Below, piece by piece: positions 1 through 10,482 of a stretch of 64,000 bases of DNA. The translations under genes and the position numbers were made by a program. The notes below the pieces were generated by a model. That model ran no database searches. It had not been told where the DNA came from and worked only from the letters and a program-made list of their open reading frames with translations. The DNA lies in NCBI GenBank assembly GCA_002104905.1, contig MCFE01000214.1, positions 63,081-127,080 of the forward strand, written 5' to 3'. Numbering within the stretch: position 1 is the stretch's first letter; each line of letters opens with the position of its first letter. Source of the DNA: Basidiobolus meristosporus CBS 931.73 (Eukaryota > Fungi > Basidiobolomycota).

Positions 1-358
1 CAGCAGCAGAATAATGGATGGACAACATCTTGCTTTGACATTCAATGAAACAAGCAGGGCTACATCCAAAAAAAGCCATGTTGACTGTGAGACCACTGAA
101 GGTAATAATGTAGACTCCTCAGGCTCCCAGTCAGGTAGGCAATTGAGTGTTGCAATATTCTGAGGAGTATTGGAAGTGATGTGGAGAACTAGAGGATTTA
201 CATGTTATTCACTTATAGATTTATTGATCAAAAGTATGGTATTTATACTTTTGATAAAGTAGAGGAAAACAAACGTGTAGAGTTTGTTAAGGAAGGTCCC
301 AAGAATATGTGTGCAAAGTTTGGGGTCTTTTGGACGACTTTGAGAAAAATAATAATAT

Positions 359-450
359 AGACTTGTTCCGTTGGATAGTGCCACATAGTGCCAGCCGGTT
401 TATAGTGCCGGATCGATCTGGCACTCTATGGCACTATCTGGCACTATAAT
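359..450. repeat. Left subterminal TAGTGCC/GGCACT motif cluster (candidate transposase-complex binding sites)
   Basis: Three direct TAGTGCC motifs followed by three inverted GGCACT motifs. Conserved at 23432-23522 and echoed in the MITE arms. Confidence 0.65.
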
Positions 451-541
451 TTCTACCATGATGCCAGTGGTATGATACAGTTACTGGTAATTTTACTCAA
501 TCTTACTTATGTTGCTCAGAATAGTGCTTTCCTTGCTTTAT

Positions 542-1468
542 TTACTCTTCATAATGCTCCAGACACATTTCTCTCAGTGGATGTCTTCTTGTATGAACAT
601 ACTGTGCATTGATAAGTATCTTAACTATTTTACCTATTCTGCTGTTTTCTCCTATATATGACTTTCCTCTGTATTTACCTGCCAATATGCTGAATCTCTT
701 CAGATATCCAAATGTGTGCTCTACCCTTACTCTGAAATGATTAAATATCTCATTGTTGAGCTTCTGCTTCCTGCTAAGCACACCATTCCTTGGCTTCCTA
801 TAAGCTGTAATACATCCTAATCTCTGACAATCCTCTCCTATATAGGCCAAGTCTGCCATACATTTCTCCCCTCTACTGAATTCAGGATGATTCTCTACCC
901 AGAGTGCTTTGTCATGCCTACTTCCAGCAAATGGCCCACTAAACCAGATGATGTTACCCTCAATGTCAGACAGTGCTTGAAACTTCACACAGTGTGCCTT
1001 GTACTTGCCAGAATAAAAGTGCCTCTGCCCTCTAGAAGGTCTGTTAATCCTCACTGGGAAGGTATCCAAAATACTCCTGATATGGAACCTGTTGCTGAAC
1101 ACTCTGGGATATGGAAGTCTATTGGAGCTTCTGAACCTAGTATTCCAAGCTTGCTCTAAGTCATTCATACCCTCTGCAAGGTGGTTCTCCATTGCTGTCA
1201 GCTGGGAATGAAAGCTTCTAGGACTTTTGTTGCCATGGATGGTGGGATGAAACCTTGTAGGGCAATAGTTCTTGTAATAGCAGAGAAGCTTAACAAGGGA
1301 TCTCCTTGAGTAGATTGGGGTTGATGGTCCACAGTACTTGGAATAGATCTCCTCCAGTGTGTCAAAAGGAAATCCAGTGGTAGTGATGGGATTGATGAGA
1401 AAAGACCATTCAGATGAGTAAGTCATATTAAAATTGATGGATGATTGTATGGAGGCGGTTTGAATCAA
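542..1468 (-). CDS. DDE_Tnp_4-family (Harbinger/IS5-like) transposase, apparently intact
   Basis: Motifs SILDTFP, CVKFQALSDIEGNIIWFSGPFAGSRHD, MADLAYIG and NNEIFNHFRVRVEHTFGYLKRF give a DDE triad. A near-identical second intact copy lies at 23615-24541. The ORF call starts at TTG; the first ATG (MTYSSEW) is 14 codons in. Confidence 0.9.
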   Translation of the reverse strand: MIQTASIQSSINFNMTYSSEWSFLINPITTTGFPFDTLEEIYSKYCGPSTPIYSRRSLVKLLCYYKNYCPTRFHPTIHGNKSPRSFHSQLTAMENHLAEGMNDLEQAWNTRFRSSNRLPYPRVFSNRFHIRSILDTFPVRINRPSRGQRHFYSGKYKAHCVKFQALSDIEGNIIWFSGPFAGSRHDKALWVENHPEFSRGEKCMADLAYIGEDCQRLGCITAYRKPRNGVLSRKQKLNNEIFNHFRVRVEHTFGYLKRFSILAGKYRGKSYIGENSRIGKIVKILINAQYVHTRRHPLREMCLEHYEE

Positions 1469-1785
1469 TTCGGTGCGATCTGCGTTATTTATCTAATTTT
1501 TAACACATTATGGTTAAATCTCCATCAATTGCCATGTATCCCATCATTATGTCCCAAAAATCATCCGCAAACAATGCCTTGGTACTTTTATTGATGCTTT
1601 AATCATAGGTCTATAATCAAACAGGAAATCTGCAATTGATGTGATCTGATCTGTGTCAACGCAATCCAAGATGCATCATGCATAATATATGGAAAATTCA
1701 ACAATCACTTTAGTTTTCATATATATTTCATATAAGACCAGGTTGATGCCAATATACTGCTGTATAAGTATACAAATCCGTTGCT

Positions 1786-3048
1786 ATGGTCCCCATACCA
1801 AGCCTCAACTCATCTTTAGTACAACCCAGACAAAACCCATCCCCCAGCTCACTAGCGCGGTCCGGACCAGAAAAGTCAATGTTGGATCCGTTTGAGTTCT
1901 CGCCAAATGATTTTAGTATGGCCCAAGTGTCTATGATGAGCCTTCATACAGATATTTGGGCACTACTGATTAATCTAGCAGAACTAGATACCTCAGAGAG
2001 TTGACAAAGATGGAAGAATTTGAGTAGAAAGCTGTGGCATGAGTTCTACATCAAGATGCCAGCCGATGTATGTAAAAAGATATATAACAAGACAAGTATT
2101 GAAATCAAGAATGAGCTGAGAGTGAGGGGATTTGACAAGGAAGCCGCGCGGGAACAATTTTGCGCGCAATTTGCACAGTACGGGCCGGACGCGTCCGTTT
2201 GTGCCTCAACTTTGGGAACCAAAGAGATTTTGAATGAGTTTTTGCCTCAAATGACTAATGTACTACGTGATATATTAGTAGAGCTAAGTGGCTTCCAAGA
2301 GCAATATACACAGGACTCATCCAGGCAACAGCTCCAAAGTATCAGACAGAGGGTAAGTGAATACCTTGAGGAATCAGATGGTGAGCTTCAGGAGGAAGAA
2401 TACAGACCGCGAGCAACGTCGTCCAGATTGCGCCAGCATGCCTCGCTGGATTCCCTACCATCTCTTGCAACCACAGCACGCCGGCGCGCGTCAGTCCAGA
2501 CCACGCCAACACCCTTTACCAGAACGCCCCGTGTCGAGTCAACGCGCATTGAGTCAACGCGCATCGGGTCAACGCGCGCGCTTCAGAGCAAAACTACCAG
2601 AACTTGCCAAACTGCTCATTTAGATACAAGTCCATTGGAGCGGACCGAGTCGCGTCAACATGCGGCATCACATCAAACTCAGCCAAGGGCCATCTCAACG
2701 CGTCAAGGCGCGCCTGCGCGTGCCGTTTCGCCTGACCATCAGCGAGTTACTTCTGGTGAACTGACTGATGATGACCAACATGAAGTGACTCAACCACCGG
2801 AGCCCTTGGCAAGTAAAAGAACGCGTCAGCGCGTGGCACTACAGGCCGGTTCAGTTGGTTCAGTTGGAGCAATTCAGCGCGGCCAAGCTGCAGCATCGCA
2901 CTCATCAACTAGGAGGCAAAATACTGACTACAAATACACAAGTAGCCAAGATGATAGTCAGCCAGGAAGTAGTATAGGTGTGCAAAGTGAGTCACTACCA
3001 AATGCTTCAGTAGTAATCCCTGTGAGAAAAAAACCCAGGAGAAGATGA
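1786..3048 (+). pseudogene. Accessory ORF2 of the PHIS element (420 aa if the TGA at 2002-2004 is repaired); possible Myb/SANT-like N-terminus and a long low-complexity R/S/T/Q tail
   Basis: 1786-2004 and 2020-3048 are in one frame, and copy 2 reads through this codon as CAA. The DIW...RWKNLSRK segment resembles helix 3 of Myb/SANT-like domains (inference). The tail ends in basic RKKPRRR, a possible NLS. Confidence 0.7.
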
Positions 3049-4511
3049 TGCGATTGCTTTGAATCGCTCACATTTGTAATGATCCCAACAACCCTTTTTT
3101 TTTGCAATCCGAATTGAGCCATTGCAAATCAGTGATCATCAAATTTTTGATATAAGTAATATCAAGGTCGTCTCACATTTGAGACAGAACCCCTATAAAT
3201 AAACACCCTGCATATATATACGTCATCTGTAATACCAGTGCAGCTATTGGATCTGTTTCGCACCTACACGATCGCTTGCGTGCTAGCTATGACACCTTGC
3301 CCAATCACTAGGATAAGGGATTTACTTGCTCAATGGGCAAAATGGGATATTTGATGGCAAATCAGGTAGCTTTTTCAGTAGTCAATGAGCCAATTGGGGG
3401 CTGCCAGCTTCAGGATACTTTTGGACCAATTAACCACTGAGATACCGTCCAATTGGAGTGAGGGTAACCAAAATGGTAAGTATCAGTGTAGTTTATAGTG
3501 TGATACACATTTATTTCCATTTACATTAAAGAAACATATCCAAATACCGGATTTTACCTGCCATTATAGCGGTATCCGATCGCGCACGTGATGCAAGCAT
3601 TACAAGTTGGCGCGATCATCCGCGCCAACCTCATCGTGTCAGATTGTGCCATAGTGTGCGAGATCGTCCCGCATAGTGCAAAATTGTACAAGAACAATCC
3701 TGCCTTCTGGTAGCTATAATATTGCGCCCGATCGTTCTTTGCGACCGCGGATTGCGCCGCGCGCCCTGGCATGGTACAATGGAACAAGTCTTATGGGTAC
3801 CTGACAATTTGGTGAAAATATTCTAAGTAAATCCCGACAAGAAATCTAGTCAGGACAGAATGCTAATCACAGAATAAGATCTATGTGACTAAGTTAGCAT
3901 GAATATTTAGGTGACAATTCAATAATTACAACATTGAGAATATATGCAGATCTGCAAGCTGAACAGGATGCTTGGGCAGGTGAGAATGCAGCAAACACAG
4001 AACCTCCAAGGGAAGAATACCAAATGGCTGTTGTAACAATAACACCACCAGTGTTGGCAAGTATTTTGTCAGCTCATACTAAAGTATTAATGAGGCAATT
4101 AGGTGTAGTGGCTGCTAGGGTAAATGTATGACCCAGCAAGATTGGGAGGTTGTACAGAGTCAGGTTGAGCCAAAAATATATGTAGAGCAATCAACATCTG
4201 TTGTGTTGTATTATGATTAGTTTGGGGCTTGTTCTACAATGTAGAGGCTAATCAACAATATACAACAACTTCCAGTATGTTAATACTGAAATAGTTTATT
4301 GGGAGTTTGATATACCAATAGAAGATATAACTTTCACTAATTTCCTCAATCTTAGGCTCAAAATATACTGTAGGCAGTGTTTATCACTTCTACAGCAGTG
4401 TTCTGACCTTCTGTCGACTAATGGGCTTATTTACTTTTATAGTAACTTTTCCTTATTTGGAAGTCACTTTCCTTTCTGAGAAAATATTTCCTAATATGGA
4501 AATTCTGAACT

Positions 4512-4751
4512 CCCCTTTAACCTAAAGGGGTGTGTTGTAGAAGTCTCTAAAGGGGTCTTTAGACCTAAAGGGGTGTCTAAAGGGGTGTCTTTAGAGTAAA
4601 GGGGCTTCTTGTAGTGGTCTCTAAAGTGGACTTTACACTAAAGGGGTGCCTAAAGGGGCTTCTTTAGAGTAAAGGGGTTTCTTAAAGGGGTCTTTAGACT
4701 AAAGGGGTGTCTAAAGGGGTGTCTTTAGAGTAAAGGGGTTTCTTAGAGGGG
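4512..4751 (+). repeat. G-rich TAAAGGGG tandem array with a higher-order unit of about 60-75 bp
   Basis: 13 GGGG runs on the + strand, 12 of them preceded by TAAA, with TGTC/TCTTTAGA spacers. One inverted CCCCTTTA at 4512. Confidence 0.85.
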
Positions 4752-4999
4752 ACTTTTCCGACAGAAAAGTGGTAGTTTCTTGTAGAACTTAGATTGGATT
4801 CTTGTGAGCTTTGCAGTCTCTTTACTGATGTAGTACCAATCAAAGTCAGAATACTCAACAGTGCAAGTGATGCAGGGGAAGTCTTATAACCTTTAAACTT
4901 GTAATTGTAGTGTGGAGATTCTGGAAAGAGAGGCTCTCTCTTTATTTTTCAGCTGGGGAAGTCATATATATGAAAATTTTGAAGGATCAAAGTTTTTGG

Positions 5000-5137
5000 G
5001 CGATTGCGCAAGCAATACACGTGATACAAAGCTAAAATTTTGCAGTGGCGCAGATCGGACATAGGCGCAGCACCTGTGAAAATTTCACGTGATTTGATTG
5101 GCTGGTTCGAAAGTTACACGCGATCAAAGTCACCGTA
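5000..5137. promoter_or_regulatory. Small CpG-retaining island with two CACGTG boxes and an inverted CCAAT
   Basis: About 11 CpG in about 140 bp against a near CpG-free background. CACGTG twice; GATTGG once. Confidence 0.3.
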
Positions 5138-6089
5138 GTAATCCTAGCAATAAGGCATAGTATATATAATAGTTGGACTCTTTTGGTCATAACTCCTTAA
5201 GTACTGCTTCAAATGAGCTGTAATTTGAAACATGTGTTGGCTACTACGTGTTCTGTATGACATAATATTCTTGGGTGGATTGCTTGTCAGGGTCTGGAGT
5301 ATTTGCTCTTCAAAGTTGGAAATTCTTGATCTTTCTCTTGTGTGTTACGATAGCAAAAAGCAAAATAAAGAAATGAGTGCAATATTGGTTTAGAGATATT
5401 GTAGTAATGGAATACTTTCCATTACCACACATCCCAGGTAGAGAGTGCAGTATCTATGCTGCAATAAAGGAACTAAAGTAGCTCAAGGTCAGAGTCAAGA
5501 ATTGAGCCATTTACTGATGTAGCAGCAGAGCAATACCAGAAATTTTTTGAGACACAACACCAGTGCCCAACAGTGAAGCCAACAGTACTAATCACAGCAT
5601 GTGAGGGAGAGACTGTAGCAATTAAATCAAAGCCTAAAAGTCTAAAGACATTGGGGATCAGTGAAGCCATTGAGTTCAATGATGAAGGGTGAGCTAATAA
5701 TCAAGAGGTCATGCAAGGCCAATGGGGCCCCAACAGTTTTGTTGGGGACCTCTGCTGGCATTATAACAGCAATATGGTGGCTTAGAGATAGTTCTGTATA
5801 GTGATACCATACAAATTTACTAAATGGTATTTCTTCTTCAACTTCCCCTAGGGTCATTCACATATTCCACTGTAGCATCACCCCTCTTTATTTCCTTACC
5901 CACTACTACATTGGGTATTTCATGTATAGTTTGAATCAATAAAACTATGGCCTCCTGCTTACTAACCTCTACCTATGTGCACACCCACTGCAATTGGCAT
6001 ACTTCTTCCTATGAGTAATAATAGTGATGATCCCATCAAGAGGCCTTCACAAAATTAAAGTTGTGTGACTAAGAGGTATTCATCCCATA

Positions 6090-7480
6090 GGACACCTTGC
6101 AATGCCCATTGAAAAACTATTGCACCCCAGATTTCACAAAAATTTGGCCAACATTTTTTATCACAACAATACATGAGTGACTTTTGATTAGGCCTCTGAC
6201 AATTCTCTCACTTTCTGATCCTGGACACTCAGTTACTATTTTCCCACTTTCTGTTCCCAGACACTCTATCACCTCCTATATTTGAGTATATTGATTGGCT
6301 ATTACCTCTTTTCCACACTCCTTACTTCCTGACAGAACCAATTCTCCAGCTTTTCATGCATACAAATTGCTCTATTTCAGTTGAAACTTCAGTTATAAAT
6401 CAATTGCCAATTGTATTGGACTATACAAGTCCCTACACCCAACACCCATATTAAGCCCAGCCTCACACCTCACAAGTGGCTCCATTCAATCCCCATTCAA
6501 GAAGTAATTCTGCTGTAACTCTCTTTTTCCATGACTTTGTTAAGAATCCTGCAGCTTTATACCACTGTTCATTCACTGTTTTTCATACAGTCTGATCTTC
6601 AGCTGGCACTGCAAGGTCTAATAACTCATCTGCTAGTCTTTGCAACTCATCCTTGCAAGATTCAAGTGTGTTTTCTTGAGCACTGCTCTTGAAGAAGTGC
6701 TGCATCCTCCTGGAGTGCCTATCAAAGCTTCAAGATTCCGCTGCAGGCATTGTGATGGTCTTCTCAGTTCTTACAATTTTGCTTTGTCTCTCAGTGGGAT
6801 CTCCACTCTGTCTACAATAAAGGACATGAAGGCAGTGGTAGACAAGTTGCTTTTCTCTATTAACTCATATACCTTGCTAGAGTGTAGATCAGCTGTTGCA
6901 CTTCCAACTCTTAAGAATACAGCTATTGTCTTGTTGGTAATTCTTCTTGGCTATGATAGAATTCTGCCTGTTCTAGGCTGATGATATTAACTGGTGAGAA
7001 CTGCAGGTTCTTTCTCACACTTCCCTGTCTCTGGCTTTGGTATACCTTTTTCTCTTTACCTTTACCTTTATCACTGCCAAGTCTCTCACTGCTACTTGAG
7101 CTGAGTGCTTCTGGTATTGTACTCTGACTTCTCCCTGATGGATGAAGCACTAGTGCATTCATTTTTGCCTGCTTGTGCCTTGTGGCACTCTACTGGCAAC
7201 TTGACATATCTAAGCTGCTTGCTTGGAACTATGAGCTCTGTTTGTAACAAGCACCTGCAAAAGCCATGGGTTTTTATCACTGTTAAGTCCCTCACAGCTA
7301 CTGTGACTGAGTGCCTCTTGCATTGTACTTTGCTTTCTCATTGACAGATGCTGCACTGATGCATCCATTTCTGCCTGCTTATCCCTTGCCAGCACTCTCC
7401 CTGCAACTAAATGTTTCTTTGCCACTGGTTTGGAACTTTCAGCTCTTCCTGGGATTGTCATGATCACATGACATCCTGGT
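6090..7480 (-). repeat. Decayed unclassified repeat family X (formerly coding)
   Basis: The reverse complement aligns by eye with 13040-13416 plus 14488-14870 and with 25640-26540 (gcagtgcc[a/t]gctgaag, gacttgt[a/g]tag[t/g]tcaata, agaaagtgag). Confidence 0.6.
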
Positions 7481-8239
7481 CTCTGATGTTCAAGCTAAAT
7501 TAAGTTGCTGAAGAAATCACAGTTCCTTCTAGAAAGTTCTACTGCATTCTAGCAACTTCTGCAAAGCTCCAAGTCAACATTACACAACAAAACATTCTAT
7601 GGAAGCTCCCCTTTGGAATTTATGTATCCAAGTACCATATATGGTAATTTCATGTCACATTACGTAGTCACATGTTCAGTTTACCCCTGACATATCTCCA
7701 TGTGATGTTCTAGTGTGTTCTTTTGCATATTTCTATCTTGGCACACTTACTGTGCCTTACCCCAGAACCCCATCAGTATTAGCCAATATCTCTTGGCATC
7801 CATATTGCCAAAAAGTATACATAGTCCTATCCCCCCTTGTACTATTACTAAATCAGAGATGGCAAAATTATCTAATCAAGCTGAATTACTCAAAATTGAA
7901 TCTAATGAAAGGATAAAACTTCAAGAGTTAATCATCAAACATAAGAATTAGACTTAGTTAAAAGATCTAGATTTCAAGTATCCTAACTTTAATACAATGG
8001 CTAAATCTGATCTTGAAGCCCCCCAATATTGGAAGGATCAAATTCTGCTCTTAGCCTTCCCATAAATTCAGGTAACCTAGCAAGTGATTCAAATGTTAGG
8101 GAACTTGTCACAAATGGAGGAGTACCAACAACAGAAAAAATGATAATAAGCCCTTTTGAAAATTGGGCATTATTACTTTCTCCAATTGAGGAAGCTGCTG
8201 GTTTTTTTCTGTGGCACCCCTGTTTTTCTGCCTTGAATA

Positions 8240-8870
8240 GTTTGTGCTATCTTTCAGATACTTTCTCAGCATCTCAATGCTGGCCAAAAATATGTTTGCT
8301 CACTTGAATCCAGGATAATGCTCACGGTGCAGGTCACTCACATTCAGCTTGGCCTTAATTTCTTGATAGTCCCATGGTATGCTGGCCTTAAGATGATGCC
8401 ATTGTAGACTTATGGTGGCCTCTTGAATATCAGCCCACTCCTTGTTAGTGCACTCAATAGCTTCATGAATTTTCAGTGTCTTTTACTTTTTAGAAGTGAG
8501 TATTGACACCATAGTCTCCCCCTCCCATGCTGTGATAGGTTTTTCTGTGAGCATTATCTTTTAGCACTGTTGTTGTGCTTCAAAGACTGCATGGTGTTCC
8601 TCTGCTGATACATTGGGAAATGCCTCAATTTTTGGCTGTGACATTGAACTACTTCAGTTCCTTGTATGGAGCAAAGATATTGTGTTCTTTACCTGGGACA
8701 TTGATTGCTTTACACCATTTCTCTACTCATCCTGTTTCTGGACTATTTCCTGATTTCTCAGGGCCATTGCATCTATCCTATCAGCCACTGCACCTAATTG
8801 CCTCATTAATGCTTTGCTATGAGCTGACAAAATACTTGCTAATACTTGTGATGGTGATGTTATGAAAGCC
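8240..8870. repeat. Decayed unclassified repeat family Z
   Basis: Aligns with 51230-51810 in the same orientation (gctggcc[t]taag[a/g]tgatgcca, gggccattgcatctatcct) and with 22270-22500 inverted. Confidence 0.55.
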
Positions 8871-8949
8871 ACTTGCTGGTCTTTGATCAAAGAAACTGCA
8901 TTAAAACCTCAGAGTACCAACTTAGTTTTGTGACCAGCTACATAATTCT

Positions 8950-9229
8950 GCAGCTAGATTCAGAGTGTCACAAGTATTGAGTACCAAGTATACATCTACA
9001 GTCCTTCTACTCTCTGACCTGTCACAAATAAGGTAGATCCCAAAAAACAGATCAAATATTGGTGTTTCTCCACAGTTGTTAGTAAAACACTGGAGCAGCT
9101 TTACATGAAAAAGAAGAGCTATGCTTCACATTCCGTAGCCAAGTACAGGTCTACTTGGCTCATATGGCACTCTGTAGCACTATTTGGTATGCATAGCTCA
9201 ATGAGGCACTATTGAACACAGCAAGTGTA
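8950..9229. mobile_element. Degraded single arm of the fold-back MITE
   Basis: agctagattcagagtgtca...gtattgagtacc...ggcactatt...caagtgt matches the right arm at 15950-16235 with many substitutions. Confidence 0.6.
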
Positions 9230-10482
9230 ATGTCTCAAATTCAAGACTGACCTATATTCACATAAATATTGACAAGAAAGTGATATAAAAGCATCATGTT
9301 GAAGGGTGATAAGCTGTCTGCCCCATGGACAGGAATACTTTGATTCAATGCCACTGGAGAAGAGAAAAAAGACCATGTGGCTATTGCACCAAGCCTCTCA
9401 GCACTGAAGCATGCTGACAGCATAGGAAGTATTACAAAGATCACAAAACGTATTTTGCCATATAAGTCATATTTGACTATCCATCAGCAACTACTGTGCA
9501 ATCAATATCTTGCTAGCCACTTGATACTTCTATAACAGCACCTAGCCATAATTGCACCTTGCACAAACTGAGTCAGAAGAGTTTGTAACACCTTTAGGCT
9601 CACTTCAGCCTTCTGAGTATAGTATGCTGAGTGATATCTCTGAAAAAGAAGGTTCACTAATGGATTGTGAGCCTATCTCTGCTCACAACAGTACTCTCAA
9701 TTAGCCTGGCAAAATCCCAAAATGCAATGAGACTATGCCCATTGAAAAGAATGCCAAGGACACTTCATTGAGCCAGGTAAGCCCAGTAATCCATCTACCA
9801 GTGAATAATGTGATGTTGTGGCAAGAGAGGTGGTAGGTTTCCACAAATATTAGTATTGGTGGCTTTGAGGACTTACCACTACTTCTTGCTAGAATCATTC
9901 TAGGATGCAACTTACCATGTATATGGTACAAATAGTCAACCATCATGCAGCTGGCAACATATGAACCAGTGACTGTCCTGATAGCAGCATGCTCCAACAG
10001 TTGCATGGCATTCACATCAGAAAATTCCACCATTGTAAGGTGTCCACCATGTAGGAATCCACCACCATAGAAGGAAAGCATTGTACACACTTTGGATATA
10101 TTCCAGTAATACCCTGTCTAAAGAAGCTCATAAAGTTTAACAAATATTGTGAAGCTATAAAGTACTGCACTCAGTAACAATCAAGCACAAACATATCTAA
10201 TAAATATTATGGCAGACATTGCAAATAACTAAAGAGCAAGGGCTAGTTTTAAGATATGCATGACAGTGCCTTTGCCTTGGCACTTGACAGATTCTCATTA
10301 AACAAGTACTCTACCAGCAAATTCTGCTTGCACCAGATTCTCTGCAACCCAAGTCTACCACTTATCTTACAGTATCAGAGCAGAAATCTGATGGTAGTCT
10401 AACTGGTATCTGGTTCTAAATTACTGTTCAACCTGGTCAGCTACCTGTATCCACTGTTGGGTATATATTGTATGCTTTCTGG

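Larger units (their letters stand above)
359..3791. mobile_element. Complete two-gene PHIS-superfamily (PIF/Harbinger-like, possibly Pangu-like) DNA transposon, 3433 bp
   Basis: TIRs AGACTTGTTCC (359) and GGAACAAGTCT (ending 3791), 3-bp TSD TAT (356-358 and 3792-3794), and divergently oriented transposase and accessory ORF. Confidence 0.9.
148..3933 (-). mobile_element. Diverged solo LTR related to Copia family A, interrupted by the PHIS transposon
   Basis: TGTTG...CAACA termini with a 5-bp TSD TTGAG (143-147 and 3934-3938). Both halves align by eye to the reverse-oriented Copia-A LTR at 60666-61015 (aaggaaggtcccaagaa, ggtgaaaatattcta, gtgactaagttag). Confidence 0.85.
2..4131 (+). pseudogene. 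Unidentified ORF split by the solo LTR / DNA transposon nest (pieces 2-147 and 3939-4131)
   Basis: Removing 148-3938 (insertion plus one TSD copy) joins ...AGG CAA TTG AG|A ATA TAT GCA... in frame. This gives an open frame entering from the window edge (SSRIMDGQHL...GRQLRIYADLQAEQ...VNV*). I do not recognise a domain. Confidence 0.4.

Noticed and set aside
359-450. CRISPR-like repeat array
   Set aside because: These are 7-bp motifs in both orientations with no spacer structure, in a eukaryotic TE end.
887-1159. Short antisense or overlapping ORFs in the track (for example 887-1159, 17150-17401, 30153-30419, 48866-49318)
   Set aside because: They are shadows of TE genes on the opposite strand or in another frame, and recur only because the parent element is repeated.
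4512-4751. True telomere or telomere-addition site
   Set aside because: It is internal, irregular and has long spacers. Kept only as a G-rich array.
9241-10090. Host protein-coding gene
   Set aside because: Fragmentary ORFs with no recognisable motif, in CpG-stripped sequence typical of decayed repeats.
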